Of a stretch of 26,321 nucleotides of DNA, positions 10,055 to 22,245 are shown in pieces (position 1 is the stretch's first letter; every line of letters begins with the position of its first letter). This DNA is from Piromyces finnis finn (Eukaryota; Fungi; Neocallimastigomycota): the NCBI GenBank assembly GCA_002104945.1, contig MCFH01000143.1:1-26321 (forward strand), read 5' to 3'. The notes beneath the pieces are model-generated. The model ran no database searches, was not told where the DNA came from, and saw only the letters and a program-made list of their open reading frames with translations. A program made the position numbers and the translations under genes.

Positions 10055-12572
10055 AAAAATAAAAACTGAGAATGAATCAATAATAAATACAATTCAATTC
10101 CCAAAATAAATATTGAATATCATTTAATGAATTTTTAGAATTGAACCCGATTATTTTAAAAATGAATAGTAAAAGTAATCCTGTTATTATTAAATATTCT
10201 TTCGATTTTTAAGTAATCATAGTGTACTAATCTACCACCTCAGAATGCGTATCTTAATTTCATTTATTCATAGTACAGTTCTTTATTATGCATCATTTTT
10301 TGGTTCTAATAAAGCCAACACTAAAAAAGCACAAATTGCTATCAATCAAAGAATATATTAGAATTTTAGATTTAAAAATAACACTTCAAATACAACTATA
10401 TATAACATGTCTATGGAATTATTCATACCTCCATTAGCTAGTTTTTATGCTAATGCTCTTGATATTTTAAACATCATGTCTGAAAGGAAGGGAAAGAAAT
10501 CAATTGATTAATACTCTTTTTCAATCTCCTTCTCAAAAATCTTCTTTCCCTTATTATTATGTTGTGGATTGTGGGGCTTGCAAAATTCTTTACTAATGCT
10601 ATTCTGATTGTGTTTTTTGATTTTTAATTATTAATAAATAAAATTATATATTACCAAAGTCTTAAAAAATAAATATTTTAGAGTTTATGTATTTAAAAAA
10701 ATAGGCTATTTTGTCTTCAATTAGGACCGGATTCTTTATATAGGATATAAATTATTTGTGTTCCTTTTTAAAAAAAAAATTTATTTTTTACTTTAATGAT
10801 AATATAATAGTAATTAGTATAAAAAAGATAGATAGATAGATAAAAAGATACTTTTTTACAAATAAACTAAAAAGAACCAAAAAAATGGGAATAATAAATT
10901 AATTAAAAAATCAAACAGCATTATAATGAAAAGAAGGTGAAAAGAAGTTAAAAAAAAAAAAGTGTGTTAAATTATAGTATGATTTTTCCAAAGTTTTTTG
11001 TCTTTTCAAGTAACTTGATCCTATTTATTCTAATTATTATTCATTAAGGATAGAAATAATAATGGTAATAATTAAGATAAAAATTATCATTTTAAGACTT
11101 TAAAAAAAAAAAAATCTTTTTAATACATAATAATTTTAATAATTTATTAACTATGTAAATATTAATTTTTATACTTATTCTAGTAAATTAATTTCCTACT
11201 ATTATTGTGTAGGGAGAAAGGAATTTTAATACTAATAATAAAAAGAAAAAAAAAATTTATCAGTGATAAACTAAACCAAAAACCTTGTCCCCATATGATT
11301 TTTTATCCAAAATAAAAACATATTTTATATTCTTAACTAATAGATTTAAGATAATAACTAAGAGTATCAACGTTTAAAAGTAAAATAAATCTGTAGGACC
11401 AGATAATTGAGCATAATTTTTCTCTTGACAAAAAAACTAGACCTTGCCTTTTTTTTAATCACATTTAGAAAGTTGACTACATTGATTATTCTTTAGTAAT
11501 AATTAAAATTGACATAATACGTTATACCTTTTTTTATTATTATTCATTTTATATTCTATTATATATATATATATCTAATAATTATTTAAATTTACTTTTT
11601 TATACAATTATACATTTAAAAGGTTTTATATATATATATATATATAAATAATACAGAGGTGTTATGATTATTAATTATTAAAATGAAATTTTTTTAGCCT
11701 CTTGTCTTCATTAATATATTAGTGTATATATTTATTATTATTTAAATAAATTATATAATTAGAAGTTTAATAAATGAATGAATATACTAAATAAATTTCA
11801 ATTCTATTTTAGTTTATTCTATAGAAAAATGAAAAGAAATTTTAAATTAAAAAAATAATTTTATTTAAATATATAAATAAATTTTTTTTTTTTTTACCTT
11901 TTAAAGAAAATAAAGAGTTTTTTTTTCTAAAAAAATTTAAATTTAAAAATTTTATTACCTCAAAGGTAGTTGTTATTAAAAAAAAAAAAAAGCTATTATT
12001 TTCAAAGTATAAAAAGAAAAAGAGGTAGATATAATAATAATAACAATAACAATAATAAAAAAGGTTTAATTTTTCAAATTTTTGTATCCTTTTCATTTAA
12101 TTTCTTATACATATATAAAAAAAAAAAAAAAAAAGTAGAATGGCATTAAAAACATTAAAATAAAATGACTATAAATATAAATATTAATAAAATAAGAGAA
12201 ATTGAAATGAATATTAAATCTTTTACAATCTTTATCATAAAAAAAACATTTTTATATTACAACCAAAATAATAATTATTATTGTATAACACGAAAAAATT
12301 AATTAAAAAAAAAACAATATAAAATTAACAATAAATTTAAAATTGAAACATGATTATTAATGATATAAATGACTTTAGAAATGTTTTATTTTCTTTCTTT
12401 AAATATACAAGACCTTTTTTTTTTTTTTTTAAATAATATATTTTTGCTGATTTAATTATTAATATTATATTATACATTTTAAAAAATATATTCTAACCAG
12501 TTTTTTTGTTCAATATTTATAGAAATATTTATTTTTTAAAAAAAAAAAATATCATAAATTATACTTGATAAA

Positions 12573-13781
12573 ATGGTTGAACAATGGAGAGCTAATGTTG
12601 CTTATGCCCCAGCAGGTACTAAAGTTGAATATCAAGGTATTATTTATGAACTTATTCAACCCCACACTTCTCAAATAACTTGGGAACCAGGTATGGTTCC
12701 AGCACTTTGGAGAGTTTGTCGTAACCAATCTGGTGCTTCTAATCATCATAGACGTCATTCTAGTTGTTCTTCATGTTCCTCTGATCATGGTCATGGCCAT
12801 GGCGGTCATAATAACCATCATAATGAACCACACGGAAAACCACAACAACCACAGCAACAATTTGGACTCTTTGGGCAAGGTCAACAACAACAACAACAAC
12901 AATCATCACAACAACAATTTGGACTCTTTGGACAAGGTCAACAACAACCACCATATGGTCAAGGACCACAAGGTTATGGACAAGGTCAACAACAACAACC
13001 ACCATATGGTCAAGGACCACAAGGTTATGGACAAGGTCAACAACAACCACCATATGGTCAATATGGTCAAGGACCACAAGGTTACGGACAAGGTCAACAA
13101 CAACCACCATACGGTCAATATGGTCAAGGACCACAAGGTTACGGACAAGGTCAACAACAACCACCATATGGTCAATATGGTCAAGGACCACAAGGTTTCG
13201 GACAACAGCCTCCATTTGGTGGTTATGGTCAACCATCATATGGTGGTCAATACCCCCCACAACCTTATGGACAAAATTCATATGGTGGTGGACAATATCC
13301 ACCATTCCCACAAGCATTCGGACAATCTTATCAAAATAACTATTCTTTCCCATACCAATGGGTTCGTTGGGCCGGTTACACACCAGAAAATGCCATTGCA
13401 CTTTCTAATAAGAATGGTAAAACCTTTGTTGTTGCTCGTGGTCCAATAGAAGGTGGTCTTCACCCAGGTTATGCGGATCCAAATAATAATAAATGTTTTG
13501 TAGGTTATGGTGGTAAGGAATACATTTTAGATGATTTTGAAGTATTAATTTGTGATTCTTCTCGTTATATGTGGTTACCATGTACCGATCCAAAATCTAT
13601 TGATGGTAAACCAATTATTGGTGGATATGAAAGTGATGGTTTAGAACTCTATGTATGCAAATGTATGCATAAAGGAATTCCATACTTTGGTAAGACAAGT
13701 GCAAGACATAGTTGTGCTAATTTTGCATACAATGAAAAAGAACGTGAATGTACTGACTTTGACGTTTTAGTCTATAAATAA
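12573..13781 (+). CDS. CBM12/ChtBD3-like chitin-binding module + His-rich and Q/G/Y/P repeat linker + 2 DM9 (DUF3421) repeats, 402 aa
   Basis: Residues 1-48 (W..N..Y...V.Y.G..Y..IQPHTS...WEP..VPALW) match the Bacillus circulans ChiA1 chitin-binding domain pattern (LQPHTSLAGWEPSNVPALW). From aa 261 two WV/WL...P.NA...(V)AR...G..HPG...C...YGGKE...FEVL units have the DM9 pattern. Intronless, no hydrophobic signal peptide, biased codon usage (CAA, GGT, CCA). Confidence 0.9.
   Translation: MVEQWRANVAYAPAGTKVEYQGIIYELIQPHTSQITWEPGMVPALWRVCRNQSGASNHHRRHSSCSSCSSDHGHGHGGHNNHHNEPHGKPQQPQQQFGLFGQGQQQQQQQSSQQQFGLFGQGQQQPPYGQGPQGYGQGQQQQPPYGQGPQGYGQGQQQPPYGQYGQGPQGYGQGQQQPPYGQYGQGPQGYGQGQQQPPYGQYGQGPQGFGQQPPFGGYGQPSYGGQYPPQPYGQNSYGGGQYPPFPQAFGQSYQNNYSFPYQWVRWAGYTPENAIALSNKNGKTFVVARGPIEGGLHPGYADPNNNKCFVGYGGKEYILDDFEVLICDSSRYMWLPCTDPKSIDGKPIIGGYESDGLELYVCKCMHKGIPYFGKTSARHSCANFAYNEKERECTDFDVLVYK
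12930..13199 (+). repeat. Coding tandem repeat: 5 units of 48, 51, 57, 57 and 57 bp encoding GQGQQQ(Q)PPYGQ(YGQ)GPQG[YF]
   Basis: Units start at 12930, 12978, 13029, 13086 and 13143. They are preceded by two QFGLFGQGQQQ units. Confidence 0.95.
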
Positions 13782-14335
13782 GGAAAAAGCGATCATTTAA
13801 AATTTTATTAAACGTACATATGAATTTTCAACAAATTAATAGTTTATACCACTTTTAAATTTTCCATCTTTAAAAATTAAATAAATATATTCCCTTTTTT
13901 TTTTTTTTACCAAAAAAAAAAAAAAAAACAACTCTAATATTTACATAAATATTAATGGCCAAACATATTTATTAAGATAATAATAATAATAAAATAACAA
14001 ACTCATTATAGTATAAATAAATAAAAAAATTTTATATACTATTCACATTTCATATTTAATAATTATCTTTTTTAAAAAAAAAAAAAAAAGAGTATTCAAA
14101 TAAAAACAATTCAAAGAAAAATTGTTTAATCAAATTTATTTAATGTGTTTATCATTAATTTATTATAAAATAATGTAAAGATAAAACTTTATACTATTTT
14201 TTATTGTGTATGTAATAATAATAATAATGACATGGTCAATAATATAAGATTCAACTTTTTTTTAATTTAAACACTTTTGTTAAAAAATTTAATAATAATA
14301 AAAAACAATATTATCATTGTATTTCATAGAATTTG

Positions 14336-14697
<362 letters not shown>

Positions 14698-16295
14698 ATC
14701 ATTGTATTTTGTATTATTACTCTATTATCCTACTTTCATTTATTTATTTTCTGTATGTTTTCTTTTTGTAATTTCTGGTTGGTTTCTAGCCAAGTCACGC
14801 GAAGGTATGGCCAGGTATTTCTAAGAAGTTCTTTTTTCAAGAATGCATTTAAAATATTTTACACCCTAAAAATTTTTTGATCCAAATTATTATTAAAAAA
14901 AAAAGCATTTTTTTATCAATAATTGCCACTTTATAAAGTCGGCATTCTTTTCAAAATGGGATTGTTTTTTATATGAGATAAAACATTTTTTATTTCTTTA
15001 TACCCCCATTTTAACTATTTAATAATAATTAATATAATTTACAATAATAATAAAAAAGTGACTTTTAAAACTTTTTAATTCCATCATGCCATATATATTA
15101 AAATTATATATTAGATTATATTGTATTATATATATATTAATTTTTAATTTTAATGTCATTAAATATATCAAATATATTTAATAATATAGTGTAATATATA
15201 ATATAATAAATTTCTATTCAAATTGAATTGTGGTAGATTATATTATAATATATTGTATAAATAAATATTAAAATAAATAATTAAAAATATTAAGACTTTC
15301 CTTTTTTGTATATAATTTAGTGTTAAATGGATGCTTCATCCATTCTTAAACTTTGTTATTGTTAATTGAATTTTATATATATTATAATATAATGGAATAT
15401 ATTTAATAAAAAGAAAAGTTTAACTTTTTTTTCTTATTTTTATATATAAAATTAGCGATGGATATATGAATAAATACGATTTTGACAAGTTTTCCTAAAA
15501 AGTTTAACACTTTTGAACAGTAAAACATTATTAAAAAAGTATAAGTGTATACATTATGTATATATTATGTATTTTGCTTGAAATTTGAAACGTTGTGTAA
15601 TAATGTAATGTAATGTAATAAAATGTAAGACGTCACATTTCAAAATGTTTAAAACAAATAATATTAAATATTAATTAATAAAATTGATCCTACTTTAAAA
15701 ATTTAAATTAAAAATTATATTATTATTAAATAGTATTATATAATATTATACCATAATTTAAAATAAATTTAGCATTTTTTTTTTAATAAAAAATAAATAA
15801 TAAAAAAGAAAATAAATAAATAATAAAAAAAAAGTTTTCATTTAAAAAAGGAAATAGTATATAAATAAAAAGGTAACAGTAAAGAATAGATTAATAAAAA
15901 TATAGACATTATAACTATACATTTCTTATTTTTCTAAAAATTCATTGAAAAATATATAAAGAATTAGTATTGAAATTAGTAAAAATTCAATAGTTGATAG
16001 TTGATATCCAAAAAGAATAATTATAAACAAAAAAAACACACACATCTAATATTATATATTCAAACGAGTTAAAATTACTAAAAACTAAAAAAGTTTTTTG
16101 GTTTATGACTTTAATTTTTACCAGGATTATTTATCAATGAATAAAATTGAATGATTTTATTAATATAACCAAAAATATTAACCCATTTTATTTTAATTTT
16201 TAATTTTAATTTTACCCATATTATATATATCAATTTATTTAATTATTTATACAATTTTTCATTGCTGGTTTATTAATTATATAAAACTAGTCAAG

Positions 16296-16952
16296 ATGGG
16301 CGATTTATGGAAACCAAATACTTTATATGAACCAAAAGGTTTAAAAATTGAATATGAAGGTGTTATTTACGAACTTATTCAACCACATACTTCTCAATAT
16401 GGTTGGGAACCAACTCAAACTCCAGCTATTTGGAAGGTTTCCGAAGACCAAGAGGGTGTCAAATTCAGACGTCAAGATGAAGAAATGAAACAAAAAATGA
16501 CACTAAAAGAAAGAGATGATGTTCCATATCAATGGGTACCATACACAGGTTCTATGCCTGAAAATGCTATTGGTATTGCCAATAAACATAAGACTTTCTA
16601 TGTTGCTCGTTCCCACATTCATGGTGGTATTCATCCAGGTTACGCTGATCAATACAATAGTAGATGTTTCATTGGTTACGGTGGTAAGGAAGAAATTTGT
16701 GAAAGATTTGAAGTTTTAGTTTGTGAACCAAACAAATATCAATGGGTTTCATGTTCTAATATTAATGATGTTGATGGTAATTTAGTTATTGGTGGTAATG
16801 AATCTGATGGAACCCCACTTTACGTCTGTAAATGTTATCGTGAAAAGGTTGCTTATATTGGTAAAACTTCAAAAGCAACAGACAATGCTTTTTACAGTTT
16901 CAGTGAAAAGGAACATAGAGTTAAAAAGTTTGAAGTTTTAACTTTTCTTTAA
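16296..16952 (+). CDS. CBM12/ChtBD3-like module + 29-aa charged linker + 2 DM9 repeats, 218 aa
   Basis: Contains IYELIQPHTSQYGWEPTQTPAIW and, from aa 78, YQWV...PENAI...VARS...GGIHPG...GYGGKE...FEVL. Paralogue of the 12573 and 19509 genes. Confidence 0.9.
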   Translation: MGDLWKPNTLYEPKGLKIEYEGVIYELIQPHTSQYGWEPTQTPAIWKVSEDQEGVKFRRQDEEMKQKMTLKERDDVPYQWVPYTGSMPENAIGIANKHKTFYVARSHIHGGIHPGYADQYNSRCFIGYGGKEEICERFEVLVCEPNKYQWVSCSNINDVDGNLVIGGNESDGTPLYVCKCYREKVAYIGKTSKATDNAFYSFSEKEHRVKKFEVLTFL

Positions 16953-19508
16953 ATAATTAATATTCCCATCCTCTTCCGTTCAACTCCAATTCCATTCAAG
17001 TTTATTCTAAAAAATGAGTTCCATTCTTATTCTTGATAATTCTTTTTAAGAAGAAAAAATAAAATCTCTCATTTTTAATCTTTTATTATAAATGAATAAA
17101 TAACAATAATAATAATAATAATAATATATCCTTATGGTTAATTTTCCAAAAAAAAGCCTTTTCAAAAATCATTATTTCTTTATGGTAGTAATGTGTAAAT
17201 AATTAAAAAAAAAAAAAAAAAAAAGTTATAATAAACAAAAGAAGGCATAGTAATAATAAAAAAAAAAAAAAAAAAAGAATTAAAAAAATTTTTTTTCTTT
17301 AATTGTACATATATATAATTAAATAATCAAATTTCTTATTATTCCACTATTATTAAATTTTCTTGTAAAAGTAATACATTTTAAAACAATAAAAAAAAAA
17401 CCATTTCATAATATTAAAAGTAAAAATTGTGTTTTTTTTTTCATCCTTGTTTATTTAAGTTATTAAAGTGTAAGTAGTCAAAATTTTATGGTAATTTTTT
17501 ATATTCTTTTTTTTTTTTTTTTTTTTTTGATATATGTATTGTTGGTTATTATACACACAAATAAAAAAAAAACAAATAGACTTTATTTTTCCCTTCAAGG
17601 ATATAACAAATATCATAAATCATAATAAATTGATATTATTTTAGTAATGTAAAAAGAAATCATTTTATAAAAACATTATAGGCATAATTCTTTATGTTGT
17701 TATAAACTATAAAATGAATGTAATATATTTCCTTTTTTTTTTATTTCATCCCATCTAATAAGAATTTTTCTATAAACAATAACTATCTTGATTGCTATTA
17801 CAACTACAATAGTATTATTATTCTCTTTTAAATAATAAATAAGAAAAAAAGCTATTAACAAAAAATAATTTATCCATTTTTAAAAGATCCCTTTTTTAAA
17901 AAAGAAAACCAACTATTTTGTTTAAGCCAAAGGCATTTTAATGTTCACTTTTTTTTTTACATATTTATTAACTTTTCTATTAACTTATCTATTGACTTTT
18001 ATTTATCAAATTTATTTAATTTTTATTAATTTATTTATTTAATTATTTATCCCCATTTTTTAAATTAAAAAAGTATTTTTCAAAGTTAAATCATAAGGCA
18101 ATACAACCCAAAAAGTAAACAAAACATTAATAAAAATAAATAAAACTAATATTTTTTTATTATTATATAGATAAAACTTTTTTTTTTCCATCCTTTAACC
18201 ACTCTTTCATTAGTTGACAGCAAGAAAACCACCACCACCACCATCACCACTTTCAACCTTTAATTATTATTATTCCTAGCCCTATTTGACTTTGGATATA
18301 AATGAACAAAATTATATTTATTTTAATAAATATTTTATCAATATATAAATGGATAAAAGTATCTATTTAAATAATTCATTTTGTCCCTAAATTAAATTTT
18401 TAATTATTTTATTTATCAAAGAAATTAAAAGAATTTTTTTATTTAATTATAATTTCCTTAAACGGTAAAATATGACATTATTTATTTTACAATACAAAAT
18501 GAATTACATTCATAATAAATTATATTCTATTGAATAGTATATAATAAAGATCATTCTAACATATAATAATAAATGATTTATTCAACATAAAAAAAGATAA
18601 ATCACATCACTCTATTATATAACAAATTAATTAATGCTAAAAGTAGTAAAGTAGTATATAATATAATAATAATGTAATGGTGTATAATATATTTTAATTG
18701 TAATATTTTAATTACAATATATTAGTGATTTATTTTATTTTAATAGTGCCATTTTTAATATATTAGTATTGTATTGTAAAACGTATCACGTAATATTATT
18801 CATTAAATTTTATTATTTATTAAAATAAATTATTCCATATATTATCAATAATAATGTTTCTTCTTTTTTATATTAAATAAGATTTAATATCATTATTAAT
18901 TTCTTACATTAAATGGATTATTTTTATAAGAAAAGCCATCACCATCTTCAAACGCTATATATTATCAATAGTATTGCAGAATAATAAAATATATAAAGAA
19001 ATTAAATTATCAATATAAATAATATTTTATTTATTTATTAATTAATAATAAATAATAACAAGAGATATTAAATAGTTATTTATTTATTAATATAATATTC
19101 ATTTATTCATTTTAATTACTATTATTTATTTAATTTCTATTTATTTATACATTTATTAATTATTACCATTTTGAAAATTGATACCACCACAAATATAAAT
19201 GATCAAATAATAAAGAAAGAATTACCTCTTTTTTTAATTAATTATTAATTAATTTTTATTAAAAAATTCTAAAACTATAAAATAAACGATTTTTTCCTTT
19301 TTTATTTTTAATCTTTACAAGTTTTTTTATATTATTAAAGGTAAATAAAAAGTAAAAAAAAAAAAATTAATAATTAAAAATTTAATTATACTATAATATA
19401 ATTAAAAAATATTTATATTTAAATATTTATTTATATATAATATTTGTTCTTTGCATTTGACAGACTTTTGATTTTTAGATTTTTAAAACAAAAAAACATT
19501 TAATCAAG

Positions 19509-20309
19509 ATGGGAGAACAATGGAGAGCTAATGTTTCTTACGGTCCAGCCGGTACCAGAGTTGAATACGAAGGTACTGTCTATGAACTTATTCAACCACA
19601 CACTTCTCAAATTGGTTGGGAACCAACTATGACTCCAGCTCTTTGGAGAGTTGCTCGTCACCAAGATGGAGGTCACTCTGAACACCACTCTTCTGGTCAT
19701 CACTCTGAACACCATTCCTCTGGTCATCACTCTGAACACCATTCTTCTGGTCATCACTCTGAACATCACGAACAACAACAACAACAACAACAACAACAAC
19801 CACAATTCCAACAACCACCACAACAACAATTCCAACAACAACAACAATTCCAACAACAAAATGTTTCTAACACTCCACCATACCAATGGGTTTCCTTCAA
19901 CGGTACTTTCCCACAAAATGTTGTCAGTGAAAGTAACAAGCTCGGTAAGACTTTTGTTGTTGCTCGTGCTGAAGTCAGAGGTGGAAAGCACCCAGGTTAC
20001 GCTGATATGAGAAACAAGAACTGTTACACTTCTTACGGTGGTGAAGAAGTTGAATCCAAGAACTACGAAGTTTTAGTTTGTGAACCAGGTAGATACTCTT
20101 GGGTTAACTGCAACAACCCAGCTAATATTAACGGTAACCCAATTCAAGGTGGTCACGAAAGCGACAATACTCCACTTTACGTTGTCAAGGTTGAACGTGA
20201 TGGTGTTCCATACTTTGGTAAGACTTCTCCAAAGTCTAGCGCTGCTTACTACGGTTTCGACCGTAAGGAACGTAAGGAAAACAACTTCCAAGTTTTAGTT
20301 TTCCATTAA
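19509..20309 (+). CDS. CBM12/ChtBD3-like module + His-repeat/polyQ linker + 2 DM9 repeats, 266 aa
   Basis: Contains VYELIQPHTSQIGWEPTMTPALW and, from aa 125, YQWV...PQNVV...VARAEVRGGKHPG...SYGGEE...YEVL. Paralogue of the 12573 and 16296 genes. Confidence 0.9.
   Translation: MGEQWRANVSYGPAGTRVEYEGTVYELIQPHTSQIGWEPTMTPALWRVARHQDGGHSEHHSSGHHSEHHSSGHHSEHHSSGHHSEHHEQQQQQQQQQPQFQQPPQQQFQQQQQFQQQNVSNTPPYQWVSFNGTFPQNVVSESNKLGKTFVVARAEVRGGKHPGYADMRNKNCYTSYGGEEVESKNYEVLVCEPGRYSWVNCNNPANINGNPIQGGHESDNTPLYVVKVERDGVPYFGKTSPKSSAAYYGFDRKERKENNFQVLVFH
19674..19772 (+). repeat. Coding 27-bp tandem repeat (HSEHHSSGH) x3 plus a partial unit, followed by CAA-rich polyQ to about 19860
   Basis: Units start at 19674, 19701, 19728 and 19755 (cactctgaacaccaytcytctggtcat). 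Confidence 0.95.
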
Positions 20310-21029
20310 ATGAATTTGTTTCGTTGAAGAAAAAAGAAAAAAAATAATTTCATAAGAAACCAAGCTTTTCGTATAAAAAAAATTATTTTATATTTGGACT
20401 ATGATTATTGTTTTTTTTTAAATTTTTTTTGAAAAATATAAAATGGCTCAACATTTTATCACATAAAAAATATTATCGAATTAATTATCAAACAAAATTA
20501 CGAAAAAAGAAAAAAAAGCTCAATAATAGATTTTATTAAAAAATATTAAACAAAAAAAATGTAAATATAAAGTAATAACAACAAATTCACACACAAAAAA
20601 AAAAACTAAAAAAAGAAAAAGAAAAGAGAAGGAATTTTTGAACCTAAATTTTCTTTAACTTTTTTTTTTATAAAAATATCGTTTTAAACTTCAAAAAAAA
20701 ATCATTGTATAAAAATTTGCAAATAATTATCGAATTTACATTTATTTAATAAAAAAAAATATTTAAAAAATTAACTTTTTTTTTTTTACTGAGTCGAATT
20801 AAACTTTTTTTAAATATTTTGTGGATTCATTTTTATTTTTCATTTATTAAATTATGTGGATTTATTTTTTTGGTTGGTTGATGGTAAGGAAAAATAAAAA
20901 AAAAAAAAAAAGGTATATTAATTTGTTATATTTTTATTTATTAGAATAAAAGAGTACAATTTATTTACAGTTAAGACTTTCATTATTGACAGTCACTGAG
21001 TCCGGCATTAGAAGTCAATTAATAATGAT

Positions 21030-21042
21030 TGTATAATCGAGT
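21030..21042 (+). repeat. 13-bp target site duplication tgtataatcgagt (second copy 22232-22244)
   Basis: An exact direct repeat bracketing the 5'-truncated LINE and its poly(A) tail. Confidence 0.9.
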
Positions 21043-22191
21043 AAAGATCTCAAAGGGAATTCAATCAAAGCGCAATATTATGATGATAATAAATTTATTG
21101 AAACTAAAGATTTTATTAAATTATGTTATGAGTACCCAGAGTTTGCCTATGGCTTCTACTGGCTATTGAAAGCAAGAAGCGGATATAAGTTGGATGCTAG
21201 AGTTGCCAAAGCTGCTAAATTTGTTGATCCAGTTTGTCCTAACTACTGTCCATGTTGCAAGTGTGGAGATCAAAGTATTAAACATTGGTTATTAGATTGT
21301 CCAACATTTAGAGATATCCGTATTAAACATTATGATTCCATAGTCCAGCTATTAAATTTTTTCAGTCAACGTAATTCCAATAGTCCTATCAATAATAATG
21401 AAATTGATAATATCAGTAGAGATAGCAATAACAGTAATAGTAATAGTAACAATAATAATTATAACAATAGTAATAATAACAATAGTAGTAATAGTAATAA
21501 TAGAAATAGTAATAATAACAATAGTAGTAATAGAAATAATAATATTAATAATGATAGCAATAGTGAAGATAATAATTCTAATTTAGATAGTAATTTAGTT
21601 AATGATAGTAATAGTTCTAATAATCCGGTGAATATTAATGTGTATGATTATTCTAGTGTGTGCAGTAAAATATTTAAATTCCTTCTTGGGGGAAGAAGTT
21701 TTAACAATATTAATTACAATTCAAGGGAATGGAAAGAACTTTGTAAGCGTCAGATTCAATCTGGTACTAATGAAGGAACACCATTCTTGACGGTAACCGC
21801 GGAACTTCTAACCAAAATCATGCCTTTTGCTATTGGCCAGCAATGGTCAATGTTCAAAAGGTTTGAAGCAACATCCAAGAGCGTCAATGCTGAAGAAACA
21901 GTAAGACAGGCCAGGAGGGCCAGCGCAACCAATGGAGATCATAATTTTGTTCCATGACAAAATTTTGATCTTTGGCTCGGTGTCCCATTGGAAGTCAAAT
22001 ACAATTATTATACTTTAGTATGATAGTGGCTTTCTTACTTTAATTAAAATTACTAGAATACATTATACCCAATTTTTATTCATTTGTGTTTATTAAACAT
22101 ATTTTTTTTTATTTTTATTTATTTTTAATTTTTTATTACATGTATTATAATTTTAATTAAATTAATAATAAAGTTTAAAATATTTGATGCC

Positions 22192-22231
<40 letters not shown>
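21043..22231 (+). mobile_element. 5'-truncated non-LTR retrotransposon insertion (ORF C-terminus, 3' UTR, A37 tail)
   Basis: The frame is open from the junction at 21043 to TGA at 21957 and includes CPCCKCGDQSIKHWLLDCP (CxxC...H...C knuckle typical of LINE ORF2 C-termini). 3' UTR 21958-22194, poly(A) 22195-22231, 13-bp TSD. Confidence 0.92.
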
Positions 22232-22233
<2 letters not shown>

Positions 22234-22245
22234 TATAATCGAGTT

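Larger units (their letters stand above)
1..11671. repeat. Giant inverted repeat (palindrome): left arm 1-5790, right arm 5881-11671, ~90-bp non-palindromic centre 5791-5880
   Basis: Base 1 onward (ataatcataacacctctgta) is the reverse complement of ...tacagaggtgttatgattat ending at 11671. Inner ends attccgtcaaattaaataaa (5771-5790) and tttatttaattttgacggaat (5881-5901) pair with one indel. ORF 9471-9989(+) is mirrored by 1899-2204(-) and 1619-1936(-). The left arm may continue beyond the window start. Confidence 0.97.

Noticed and set aside
11842-12096. 84-aa hydrophobic ORF (also 3783-4016 minus and 22162-22350 minus)
   Set aside because: Low-complexity AT/homopolymer translations, or antisense to better-supported frames.
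12552-13593. Alternative-frame and antisense ORFs over lectin gene 1, and likewise 16516-16719, 19500-20298, 21398-21586, 23844-24188, 24898-25182, 25666-26010
   Set aside because: Shadows of biased codon usage and repeats in the real CDS; no independent domain signal.
15326-15344. Perfect 8-bp hairpin aatggatg-ctt-catccatt
   Set aside because: Isolated and short; not repeated elsewhere and not tied to any feature.
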